This document shows, in pieces, positions 48,893 to 59,947 of a stretch of 64,000 nt of DNA. Below the pieces are notes generated by a model. The model saw only the letters and a program-made list of their open reading frames with translations, was not told the origin of the DNA and ran no database searches. The DNA comes from an uncultured candidatus Brocadiaceae bacterium (GTDB taxonomy: Bacteria > Planctomycetota > UBA1135 > UBA2386): the NCBI GenBank assembly GCA_964543795.1, contig CAZIZN010000004.1, forward strand, positions 189,176 through 253,175, read 5' to 3'. Position numbers and translations under genes: made by a program. Numbering within the stretch: position 1 is the first letter of the stretch; each line of letters begins with the position of its first letter.

Positions 48893-51202
48893 CTAGCGCA
48901 CCGCGACGTGGATGCCCGACGTGGTCGCGAGGCCCGCGGGCCGCGACGCGTCGAGCAACGCCCACTGCGCGTAGAGGTCCATGCCGGCGGCCGCCGCCGG
49001 CAGATCGAAGGTGTGGACCGCCGTGCCGAAGGCGTCGGTCGGCAGCAGCAGGGCGCCGAGCCACGTGTTCGCCGCCGGATCGACGAGCAGCCGGCAGCCA
49101 GGCAGCCCGTAGGGGTCGAGCGGCACGTCGGTGTCGTCGAGCGACAGCAGCAGGAACGCGAACTGGCTGGGCGGGCCCTGCAGCAGTTGCAGCCAGCAGC
49201 CTTGCTGCCCGGCGTGGCTGCGATTCGACGCGAACAGCAAGCCGGGATGGCAGCCCGTGCCGTATGCGTCGGGCAGCGGCAGGCTCGGGTAGGTCCACAG
49301 CCGGCCCATCACCCGGGAATCGCCGGCGAGCACGTCGTCGCGGTAGCTGGTCGCGAAGCGGTCGTTGTCGTCGTCGTAGACGACCGCGGCCGGACCGTCG
49401 ATGGTCGTGCCGAGCACGTCGAACGTGCGGCGCTGGCCGTCGTGACCCAGCACCACCATCGAGATCGCCCGGCCGAGCAACGTCTGCGAACCGTAGGTGA
49501 ACAGCCAGAACGAGGCGCGGTTCGCGTCGAAGGCGAGGCCGAGGGGGCGATGGATCGCCGCGCTCGACTGGACGAGCGCGACCGAGGCTCGCGCGTCGGT
49601 GGCCGCAGCTCCGCTCTCGCTCCAGTCGAACCGCTGCGCGCGCAGACCGCTGCAGACGACGTCGGCCGGCGCCGGCTGGTTCGCCACCACCGGCTCGGTG
49701 CCGAACGTGACGAGGTAACGGCCGCCGCGACCGTCGACGCGCGGCGCGAGGCAGTGCTCGACGCCGTTGCGGTCGACGCCGAACGCCGTGCCCGCGAGCC
49801 CGCCGTTGCCGTCGATGCGCCGCACGAACACCGACCAGCGCGGCGCGATCAGGCCGCCGATGTGTTGTGCAGCGATCACCCAACTGCCGCCGTGCGCGTC
49901 CTTGCTCACCGAAGGACGCTGCGCACTCGCCGCACTCGAGCCGCTGCCGCCGCCGAGCACGTGCACGGTGGCCATCGCCTGTCGGAGCACGGGATCGTAG
50001 ACCGTCGCCCAGATCTGCGTCGGATCGGTGCCGCCCCAGGTGGTGTGGCACTCGCGCACGATGATCCCACGCTGACCCGCCGCCGCCGTGCGAACGCCGC
50101 CGACCGCCGGGCGGCGCTGCAGTCCGCCGAGCGGCGAAGGCAGCGGCGCGAAGGTCGAGGACAGCGTGCTGCTGCCACCGGTGTGCACGTGCACCTCGAT
50201 GTCCGACGTGCCGGCCGTGACCTCGTAGGCGACGATCCACCGGTTCGCACCGTTCACGTAGGCGAGGCTCGGCGCCCGGGTGTCCTCACCGCCGATGCGG
50301 CTGAACACCGTGACCGGTGCGCCGAACGAGTCGGTGGCCAGCCGGAAGTAGACGTCGTGGTCGCTGTTGCTCCAGATGCGCGCGAACGCGACGCCGAGCT
50401 GGTTGTTGCGATCGTCGCGATCGAGATCGATCGCGGTCACGAGATCGCTCAGCGTGTGCACGACCACGGGCGTCAGCAGCGGATCGACGACGACCGGGAA
50501 GCGCGCGTCCGCCAGCCAGGCGCCGGGCACGCGCAGGGTGATGCGTTCACCGTCGCTCGCGCTGTCGAGCGCCAACCGGCGCCCGTCGGCGTCGATCGCC
50601 GTGGCGGCGCCGTAGACGACGCCCGGACCGCCGCAGGGGCTGACGAACTGCAGCGGCGCATGGGCGCCGACGCGCGGTTCGCACCGCAGCGGCGAGTCGA
50701 CGCGCCCGACGATCTCGACGTCACCGGGGCCGGGCGACGACGGCAGCACGAAGGTCTGCTCGACCCCCTCGGGCCCTACGTCATAGGCCTCGACGACGGC
50801 GCCCAGGTCGTACTCGCAGCGCCGCTCGTGCACGCGACGCGGCGCGCTCGATGCGAGCAGCACCCGTGCACCGCCCGCGCTCACGTGTTCCGTGCGCCAC
50901 CGCCACGGGGCGTCGGCGTGTTCACCGCCGGGGCGCGGCAGGAAGACGAAGCCGTCGTGGAAGGCCGCCTTCCATTCGTCTCCGCCGGCCCAGAGCCGGT
51001 CGCGTCCAGTCGCCGCGCAACGCTCCTCGTGCAGCGGCACGAACAGATCGCGGGCCAGGTGCGCGGTCCGATCGACGGACGTGCCGGCGGGCCGGTCGAT
51101 GGGCTGGAGGGACGGCAGGCCGGCGTCGGCCTGGGCCGACGCCGATGCGATGGACAGCGCCGCGGCGAGCACCGCGGCGAACGAGGGACGGAGTGGGTTC
51201 AT
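48893..51202 (-). CDS. Large secreted protein, paralog of 1577-3850
   Basis: Signal peptide; KAAFHDGFVF, YDLGAVVEAYDV..EGVEQTF, FPVVVDPLL; C-terminus YGTGC...GLPGC...LYAQW. Confidence 0.8.
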   Translation of the reverse strand: MNPLRPSFAAVLAAALSIASASAQADAGLPSLQPIDRPAGTSVDRTAHLARDLFVPLHEERCAATGRDRLWAGGDEWKAAFHDGFVFLPRPGGEHADAPWRWRTEHVSAGGARVLLASSAPRRVHERRCEYDLGAVVEAYDVGPEGVEQTFVLPSSPGPGDVEIVGRVDSPLRCEPRVGAHAPLQFVSPCGGPGVVYGAATAIDADGRRLALDSASDGERITLRVPGAWLADARFPVVVDPLLTPVVVHTLSDLVTAIDLDRDDRNNQLGVAFARIWSNSDHDVYFRLATDSFGAPVTVFSRIGGEDTRAPSLAYVNGANRWIVAYEVTAGTSDIEVHVHTGGSSTLSSTFAPLPSPLGGLQRRPAVGGVRTAAAGQRGIIVRECHTTWGGTDPTQIWATVYDPVLRQAMATVHVLGGGSGSSAASAQRPSVSKDAHGGSWVIAAQHIGGLIAPRWSVFVRRIDGNGGLAGTAFGVDRNGVEHCLAPRVDGRGGRYLVTFGTEPVVANQPAPADVVCSGLRAQRFDWSESGAAATDARASVALVQSSAAIHRPLGLAFDANRASFWLFTYGSQTLLGRAISMVVLGHDGQRRTFDVLGTTIDGPAAVVYDDDNDRFATSYRDDVLAGDSRVMGRLWTYPSLPLPDAYGTGCHPGLLFASNRSHAGQQGCWLQLLQGPPSQFAFLLLSLDDTDVPLDPYGLPGCRLLVDPAANTWLGALLLPTDAFGTAVHTFDLPAAAAGMDLYAQWALLDASRPAGLATTSGIHVAVR

Positions 51203-51248
51203 GGTGGTCTCGCCCACCAGGAAGACCGCACGCGCCGTTTCGTGACGG

Positions 51249-52409
51249 TCACGATCGGCGGTAGACCGCGCGGCCGATGTGCAGCGCGACGACGTCGCCG
51301 CCGCGGCGCTCGATCCGGCCTTCGACGACTTCGTCGCCGCAGCGCATCGTGACCCGATCGCCGCGCATCACGTAGGTGCCGGGCGTCTGGCTGTCGCTGC
51401 CGCCCAGCGGCGACGAGAACATCGTGCGCCGCTGCATCCTGCCGCCAGCACCGAAGCGGTAGACGGTGGTCAGCGAGGCGTCGCTGCCGAACGAGCTGTC
51501 GCCGAACTCGAGCCCGTCGAGTCCGTCGCTCCCGGTCGCGGCGTCGGCGGTTTCGTCGGGCGCCTCGAACCGGGTCGTGAACAGCACGTGCCGCGCGCCG
51601 GGCAGGAACTTCGCGACCTTGCCGCGCAACATGACCGCGATCACGGCCGACCAGTGCGAGGGACCCCGCGTGGCGCCGATCCATACGGTCACCGGACGCT
51701 CGCCGGCGGCCGTCCCGGGCAGTTCGACCTCGGCGCCGTCCCCGCCGGGCAAGCGCACCGGCCGCACGACCGCGCGGGCCGCGTCGACGTCGATGCCCTG
51801 ACCCGCGAGGTCGGCGAGCACCGCCCGGAGTTCCTGTTGCAGCAGATCGACGACCGGCCGCCGCCGCGTTCCCGCCGCGAGTTCTCCGCCCGTGACCAGC
51901 ACCAGCGCGTCGAGCGTGTCCGTCGGCCGGAATCCGGGATCGAGCAGCACCGTATCGCCGTCGCGGCGCGCCACGCGCCAGCCCGCCGGGAGCACGAACG
52001 TCGCGTGGCCGGCACGCTCGCGCGGCGCCGGGTCGCCAGCGGCCGTCTCGACGCGGCGGTAGCGCTCGCGGCGCGACGATCCGTCGGCGAGTTCCAGCGT
52101 GATCGTCAGGGTGCCGGCGTCGACCTCGACGTTGCCCTGCAGCGCCTGGCCGGGCGCGAGGATGGTCAGGCGCTGGCCGCGCACGCGGTAACGCAGACTC
52201 GCGCCGTCGACCCGCAGCGTGCCGTCGGCGCGGAACTCGAGGCGTTCCTGGTCCTCGCCGGTGGCGACCCAGCTGCCGAGCAGGGTCGCTTCGGTGCCGC
52301 GGGCCACGGTCGCAGCGGGCCCCGCGGGCTCGTCGCCGAAACCAGGCTCCTGGGCGGCGGCGAACAGGGGTAGGAGCAGCAGGGAAAGGAGATGCAGGGT
52401 CGGGTTCAT
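51249..52409 (-). CDS. Secreted hypothetical protein with two short beta-barrel-like modules
   Basis: Signal peptide; LLGSW...LEFRADG and YRFGAGG...GTY modules flanking a middle domain. Confidence 0.7.
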   Translation of the reverse strand: MNPTLHLLSLLLLPLFAAAQEPGFGDEPAGPAATVARGTEATLLGSWVATGEDQERLEFRADGTLRVDGASLRYRVRGQRLTILAPGQALQGNVEVDAGTLTITLELADGSSRRERYRRVETAAGDPAPRERAGHATFVLPAGWRVARRDGDTVLLDPGFRPTDTLDALVLVTGGELAAGTRRRPVVDLLQQELRAVLADLAGQGIDVDAARAVVRPVRLPGGDGAEVELPGTAAGERPVTVWIGATRGPSHWSAVIAVMLRGKVAKFLPGARHVLFTTRFEAPDETADAATGSDGLDGLEFGDSSFGSDASLTTVYRFGAGGRMQRRTMFSSPLGGSDSQTPGTYVMRGDRVTMRCGDEVVEGRIERRGGDVVALHIGRAVYRRS

Positions 52410-52543
52410 GGTCGGTTCCTCATGGAGACCGGGGACCGATGGCGCGCCGCCCCCTGCGCGTGACGCGGCAGTCCGAGAATCCCGCCGCGGCCGGGCCGGC
52501 CTGCCTCGTCCCGCACAGACATCCCTCTGCCGGCCTCCCTGTG

Positions 52544-52600
52544 CCGACCGGCTTCGGTCCGACTGGCTTCGGTCCGACCGGCTTCGGTCCGACTGGCATC
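52544..52600. repeat. 15-bp tandem repeat, ~3.8 copies (CCGACYGGCTTCGGT)
   Basis: Units at 52544, 52559, 52574 and 52589 (partial), alternating C/T at position 6; intergenic between divergent genes. Confidence 0.95.
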
Positions 52601-52838
52601 CTCGGCGGAACGGCGCCAGGCCCCGCACGGCGGCTCCGTGGAGATCGCCGCGACCGCGCCTCGAGCCCACGAAGCGCCGTCCCGCGCCCGGACCGCACCC
52701 TGCCCGCGTGCCGACAACCCCGCGGGGAAAGGAGCACGGCACCCTCCGCCGGTTTTTCGCGGCCACCGCGTCACGCGCGCCGACCGCCGCGCCATCAGCC
52801 CCGCAACTCCGAACCGGAACCACCCAAAGGAAGTTGCC

Positions 52839-54554
52839 ATGATCCACGTCCCTTCTTTCTCCCTGTCCCGCCGCAGCAACGCCGTCCTCCTGCTGGCCCT
52901 CGCCGCCGTCGCCGCGACGAACGCCCCGCTGCCCGCCCAGGGCGGCGACGCCGCCCCCGCTCCGGCGCCGGCCAACCCGAGCGCCGGGCTCGACCCGATC
53001 GCCGCGGACGGTTTCCGCGCCTTCATGCAGCTCATGGAGCAGATCGCCAAGGAGCAGATCCAGAAGCTGCCGAGCGCCGACAAGAGCCCGCGCGAGAACG
53101 CCTACGGCAAGCTCGCGGCGATCCAGCTCGCCGGCGCCAGCAGCGCCCTGGCCCTGCCGGCGGCCGGCGTCGCACTCGGCGGCGGCATCGGCCTGTGCGT
53201 CGACGTGTGCACGGCCGGCGCCGACGCTGGTGCGGGCACGGTGATCGGCAGCAGCATCGGGCTCGGCAGCGGCGTGGTCGTCGGCCTCGGCGTGTTCGTG
53301 ACGTCGCTGCTGGCGACGCTGCCGATGGTCGACGAGATCGAAGCGCGGTACCCGCCCGAGAACGGCACCGCTGGCGCGGCCGGCGCCGCCGGCGGCACCT
53401 TCATGCTGCACGGCGACCGCCTCGAGCTGCCCGCCGCAGGCATGTTCGAGTCGTTCTACGTCAACCTCGTGGCCACGCTGCCCGACCAGTTCTGCACGCT
53501 GATCGAACAGTGGGACCGCACGCCCGGCATCGGTGCCGCCGAGAAGGCGTGGCTGCGCAGCGTGCAGTTCGCGCGGCCGCACCTCGCGCGCCTGGCCTGG
53601 ATCAAGCGCAACCTGCGGGTGTCGCCCGGCGCGGCGCCGGCCAACGACCTGTTCCTCGACGTCGGCCGCGTGCTCAGCGGCGACGCCGCGGCGATGGAAC
53701 GCGCCTGGCTCGCCGCCCTCGGGCTGGGCTCCACCGGCCTCGCGCTGAAGAACGACAAACTCTCGCTCGACGTGCCCCCGCCGCTGCAGGCGCTGGGTCT
53801 GCCGGCAAAGCTGCAGGCGAACGTGCCCGACCTGAAGGTCAAGGTCGGCGGCAACGGCGGCGCCTTCGATCCCTACCTGCGCCTCTCCCTCGAGGCCGGT
53901 CCCTTCGACGTCGACTGGGGCACCGTGAGCGTCGTGGATTCGGGCGCCAACCGCGATCTCGTGGCGATCAAGTACTCGATCGCGAAGGGCTCGCGGCTGG
54001 GCTCGGCGCGGCTTTCCTTCAAGGCCGGCGGCGACGAGACCAAGGTCGTCGACCTGCGGCCGTCGCTCGACCGCACGCTCGAAGGCACGCTGTTCTTCCG
54101 CCTGCGCGGCATGTCGCTCGAGTTCCAGAAGGCCCAGCTCGGCGACGTCGAACTGCGCTTCGGGGTGCCGCAGGAGATCCGCAACCTGCCGATCGTCAAG
54201 GATCTGCTGAGCGGCCTGCTCGCGGACTTCGAGCGCGACGTGCGCAACTTCCTGCGCGACACCGTGCCGTTCGCCAAGGTGTTCGACGGCTTCGGCCAGA
54301 CCGCGGTGCGGTCGCTCGCGGCGAGCGTGCGGCGCGACGCCGGCAGCCACGGCTTCGCCCGCATCGACAAGGTCACCAAGGTCGAGGTCGAGAACGGCAA
54401 GGTCCAGGTCACGGTGCGCGGCCGCCAGCTGAACCACCCCAAGCTGCCGGTCGATGCCGCCGAAGCGAGCAGCGCCTGGGCGCGGTTCCAGCCGCAGAAG
54501 GGCCGGATCGACCGCGGCACCGCGACGCGCCGCACGATCCGCGGCGGCCGCTGA
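52839..54554 (+). CDS. Secreted hypothetical protein with long glycine-zipper hydrophobic hairpin
   Basis: Signal peptide; about 60-aa Gly/Ala hydrophobic stretch with GxxxG repeats followed by a beta-rich region. Confidence 0.75.
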   Translation: MIHVPSFSLSRRSNAVLLLALAAVAATNAPLPAQGGDAAPAPAPANPSAGLDPIAADGFRAFMQLMEQIAKEQIQKLPSADKSPRENAYGKLAAIQLAGASSALALPAAGVALGGGIGLCVDVCTAGADAGAGTVIGSSIGLGSGVVVGLGVFVTSLLATLPMVDEIEARYPPENGTAGAAGAAGGTFMLHGDRLELPAAGMFESFYVNLVATLPDQFCTLIEQWDRTPGIGAAEKAWLRSVQFARPHLARLAWIKRNLRVSPGAAPANDLFLDVGRVLSGDAAAMERAWLAALGLGSTGLALKNDKLSLDVPPPLQALGLPAKLQANVPDLKVKVGGNGGAFDPYLRLSLEAGPFDVDWGTVSVVDSGANRDLVAIKYSIAKGSRLGSARLSFKAGGDETKVVDLRPSLDRTLEGTLFFRLRGMSLEFQKAQLGDVELRFGVPQEIRNLPIVKDLLSGLLADFERDVRNFLRDTVPFAKVFDGFGQTAVRSLAASVRRDAGSHGFARIDKVTKVEVENGKVQVTVRGRQLNHPKLPVDAAEASSAWARFQPQKGRIDRGTATRRTIRGGR

Positions 54555-54607
54555 ACGCCGCCGCGCGGGCTTGCGCGGGGCCGCCCGCCGCGCCTAGCCT
54601 GCCGGGC

Positions 54608-55198
54608 GTGAGCGCGCCGCACGACCCCACGCCGCCCGCGGGGCGGCCGATCGAGAGGCTGCTCGAGGAACACCTCGGCAGCCTTCGTGCGTTCCTGCGG
54701 CTGCGCGCCGGCGCGGCCATCCGCGCGCGGCTCGGCCACAGCGACCTCGTGCAGTCGGTGTGCCGCGAGGTTCTCGAAGGCCGGGACCGGTTCGAGTTCC
54801 AGGGCGAGGCGGCGTTCCGCAACTGGCTCTACACCGCGGCGCTGCGCAAGCTCGTCGAACACGACCGCCGCATGCACGCCGGCGTGCGCGACGTGCGCCG
54901 CGAGGTCGCGGTCGACGCCGACGGCGGCGCGGACGCCGCGGTGCTGCAGGGCTACGCGACGGCGACGACGCCGAGCATGCTGGCGATGGGTCGCGAGGGA
55001 GCGGCGAAGCTCGAGGAGGCGTTCGACGAACTCAGCGAAGAACACCGCGAGATCATCACGCTGTCGCGTCTCGTGGGTCTGTCGCACGCCGAGATCGCCG
55101 CTCAGACGGGCCGCAGCGAAGAGAGCTGCCGCCAGCTGCTGCGGCGCGCGCTGCTGAAGCTGTCGCTCGCGCTCGAGAAGCGCGGCATCACCCTGTAG
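54608..55198 (+). CDS. ECF sigma factor (planctomycete kinase-associated type)
   Basis: SDLVQSV, FRNWLYTAALRKL, region 4 GLSHAEIA...LLRRALLKL; no anti-sigma gene, kinase directly downstream. Confidence 0.88.
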   Translation: MSAPHDPTPPAGRPIERLLEEHLGSLRAFLRLRAGAAIRARLGHSDLVQSVCREVLEGRDRFEFQGEAAFRNWLYTAALRKLVEHDRRMHAGVRDVRREVAVDADGGADAAVLQGYATATTPSMLAMGREGAAKLEEAFDELSEEHREIITLSRLVGLSHAEIAAQTGRSEESCRQLLRRALLKLSLALEKRGITL

Positions 55199-55214
55199 AC
55201 GCCGCCGGGCGCGC

Positions 55215-57296
<2,082 letters not shown>

Positions 57297-57414
57297 GCCG
57301 GCCGCTGCGAGCGTTCGCGCCGGGCGGCCTCGCCGCCAGCCGACGCCGCAGCGGACCAGAGGGCTCCTGTTCGCACCGACGAGCAACCCGCGTTGCGGCG
57401 GCGGCCAGGGGTCG

Positions 57415-57449
57415 TGAGCGGGACCGGCCGCTGCGGTCGGTCCCGCTCA
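57415..57449. terminator. Long hairpin between convergent genes (terminator or REP-like)
   Basis: TGAGCGGGACCG/CGGTCCCGCTCA 12-bp perfect stem around GCCGCTGCGGT; overlaps the stop of the minus-strand gene. Confidence 0.6.
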
Positions 57450-58244
57450 AAAGGACCAGCCGACGCTCGCCGTCACCCAGACGACCTCGGGGTCGACGCG
57501 GGTGTCGAACCAGTCGCGCAGGTCGTCGTCGACGATCGTGCTGCCCGACACCACGAGCCGCGCCGTCGTCACCGCATCGCAATCCCAGCGCAGCCCGGCG
57601 CTGGCCCCCACGTCGGCGAACGCATCGGTCGCGGTGCGGTAGAGCCACAGCGAATGGTCGGCGTCGGACCAGCCGCCCCAGACCCGCAGTTCGAGATGCA
57701 GCTCCCCACCGAGGCCGATCGTGTGTCCGGCTTCGGCGCGCATGTAGAGCGAGTGCACCTCGTCGACGTCCCAGTGCGCCGTGAGCGCCGTGTCGAGGCC
57801 GAGCAGCACGCCGCCGACGCGGCCGAACACCTCGGTCGTCGACGGGAACGGCGCGAAGCGGAACGACTCGCCGTTCGGCCAGTCGTAGTAGCGCAGGCCG
57901 GCGGCGACGTCGACGCCGCCGAAGCTGCGCCCGTAGCCGGCGACGAGGTCGATCTGAGTGAACTCGCCGCTCGCGTCGGGCGACGCCCACGCCGCGCCGA
58001 TGTCGTCGGTCAGATCGAGGTTGCCGAAGGCGCCGAACGTGCCGGTGCCGCCGTCCTTCGTCGGCAGCTGCAGCTGCGCGTCGAACTGCGCCACGGGCTC
58101 CTCGGTGAACGTCTGGCCGCGGAACACGTAGGAACTCGCCGCCGCGACGTTGACGTCGACGAGGGGGCGGCGTTCGCTGTCGAAGACACAGGCGGAGGCC
58201 ACCAGCATGACGAGGCAGCACGAACGGGTCGGCACGGTGCGCAT
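57447..58244 (-). CDS. TorF-like putative outer-membrane beta-barrel protein; start 58244 or 58208
   Basis: ASSYVFRG motif, alternating beta-strand pattern, C-terminal aromatic GWSF. Confidence 0.7.
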   Translation of the reverse strand: MRTVPTRSCCLVMLVASACVFDSERRPLVDVNVAAASSYVFRGQTFTEEPVAQFDAQLQLPTKDGGTGTFGAFGNLDLTDDIGAAWASPDASGEFTQIDLVAGYGRSFGGVDVAAGLRYYDWPNGESFRFAPFPSTTEVFGRVGGVLLGLDTALTAHWDVDEVHSLYMRAEAGHTIGLGGELHLELRVWGGWSDADHSLWLYRTATDAFADVGASAGLRWDCDAVTTARLVVSGSTIVDDDLRDWFDTRVDPEVVWVTASVGWSF

Positions 58245-58257
58245 GGCGAGGGCCGGC

Positions 58258-59901
58258 ATGGTAACCGCGGCGGTGGCGGCGATCGCGGCGTGCGCCGGGG
58301 CCCCGGCGACGGGCGAGGTCCGGCACGCCAACGGCGCCGTCGCCCAGGCCGGTCCGCTCGTCGATGGACTGCAGGAAGGCGAGTGGACGTTCTGGTACCC
58401 GAACGGCGTGTGCAAGGCGCGCGGCAGCTATGCGAAGGACGAACGTACGGGACTCTGGACCCACTGGCACGAGGACGGCAGCCTGCAGATGCGCGGCGAG
58501 TACCGCGACGAACGCCAGCAGGGTCTCTGGGAGTACTGGTACCCCGGCGGCCGGCCGCTCTGCCGCGGCGCCTTCCGCGACGGACGGGAGCACGGCGAAT
58601 GGCAGTTCTGGCACGAGAACGGCGCCCTAGCACAGCGCGGCTGCTTCGCATCCGGCAAGCGGCAGCTCGAGTGGTGCGAATGGGCGGCCGACAGCACCGT
58701 CGTTTCCCTCGGCAGCTATCTCGACGACGTTCCCGCCGGACGCTGGTCGCGCGTCGGCCCCGACGGCGCCTCGCGCGAGGTCGACTACCCGCTGCCGAGC
58801 GGCGTGGAGTTCGTGCGCGAGACCTGGGACGGCATCCGCGTGCGGCGCGAGGGCTGGCTGCGCGGCGGCGTGCGCGACGGCCTCTGGATCAGCCGCCACC
58901 GCAGCGGCGCGGTGCGCGCAAGCCTCGTTTTCGAGCGCGGCGCACCGAGCGGCCCGCTCGAGATCCACTGCGCGGACGGCACGATCCTCGGTCGCGGCGA
59001 CGTCGCCGACGGCCGGACCTGCGGCACGTGGTCGGTGCGCGGTGCCGACGGTGCCTGGACTGCAGCCGCCGCGGATCTGCCGCGCGCACCGTGGGACCGC
59101 ACGTGGAGCGACGACGCGATGCCGGAGAAGGAACCGCCGCTCGCCACCGCCCAGCGCTGGCTCGACGAGTTGTGCGCCCCGCGCGACGTCGCGCCGGTGC
59201 CGGTCGCGGCGCCCGCCGCGGCCGGGCCCGCCGCCGCTCCGCCGCGCCTCGAGGCGCCGACCGACCCCGGCGAGTGGACCGTGCGCGAACGCGCCGAACT
59301 CGAACTGTTCCGCCGCTACTTCCGCGATGGCTGGCTGCCGCGACGGCAATCGGCGGGAGCGCGCTACGGCGCGCCGTCGGGCAGCGTGCGGCTCGGCGAC
59401 GGCGATGCCGGGCTCGCGGCAACGATCGTCGGCAAGCCGCTGCCGCGCACGCGCTTCCCGACCAGCACCGGCGACGTGCTCGACCTCGCGTCGCTGCGCG
59501 GCAAACGCGTGCTGCTCGTCGTGCTGCGCGGCTTCACGTCGCAGGTCTGCGTCTACTGCTTCGCGCAGACCGCCGAACTGGCGCCGCTGGCGCCGCGCTG
59601 GGCCGAGCTCGACTGCGAGGTCGTCGTGTTGTTCCCCGGCAGCAGGAGCCGACTCGAGGCCTTCGCAGCCGCCTGCAGATCGGAGTTCGGCGACGCAAAG
59701 CCGCCCTACCGCATGGTCTACGACCCCGACCTCGATCTCGCGAAGGCGCTCGGTCTCGAGGGCAACCTCGCGCGACCTGCCGCCTTCGTGCTCGGCCGCG
59801 ACGGCGTGGTGCAGCACGCCTATGTCGCCGAGGACGTCGTGAACGTCGCCGATCGCCCCGCCGCGACGGAACTGCTGCGCTGGGTCGGCGCGACTCCCTG
59901 A
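58258..59901 (+). CDS. Lipoprotein with YwqK/MORN-variant repeats fused to a redoxin (AhpC/TSA-like) domain
   Basis: AIAA-C lipobox; repeats of G.W..W..NG type; C-terminal VLRGFTSQVCVYC...YDPDLDLAKALG...PAAFVLGRDG; start 58243 or 58258. Confidence 0.8.
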   Translation: MVTAAVAAIAACAGAPATGEVRHANGAVAQAGPLVDGLQEGEWTFWYPNGVCKARGSYAKDERTGLWTHWHEDGSLQMRGEYRDERQQGLWEYWYPGGRPLCRGAFRDGREHGEWQFWHENGALAQRGCFASGKRQLEWCEWAADSTVVSLGSYLDDVPAGRWSRVGPDGASREVDYPLPSGVEFVRETWDGIRVRREGWLRGGVRDGLWISRHRSGAVRASLVFERGAPSGPLEIHCADGTILGRGDVADGRTCGTWSVRGADGAWTAAAADLPRAPWDRTWSDDAMPEKEPPLATAQRWLDELCAPRDVAPVPVAAPAAAGPAAAPPRLEAPTDPGEWTVRERAELELFRRYFRDGWLPRRQSAGARYGAPSGSVRLGDGDAGLAATIVGKPLPRTRFPTSTGDVLDLASLRGKRVLLVVLRGFTSQVCVYCFAQTAELAPLAPRWAELDCEVVVLFPGSRSRLEAFAAACRSEFGDAKPPYRMVYDPDLDLAKALGLEGNLARPAAFVLGRDGVVQHAYVAEDVVNVADRPAATELLRWVGATP

Positions 59902-59947
59902 CATCGCGGGACGGCGCGCCGCGGGGCCGGGCCGCCGCCGGCGCGGG

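Noticed and set aside
22578-52600. The 15-bp, 18-bp and 38-bp repeats as CRISPR arrays
   Set aside because: No series of unique spacers between equal repeats, and no cas genes.
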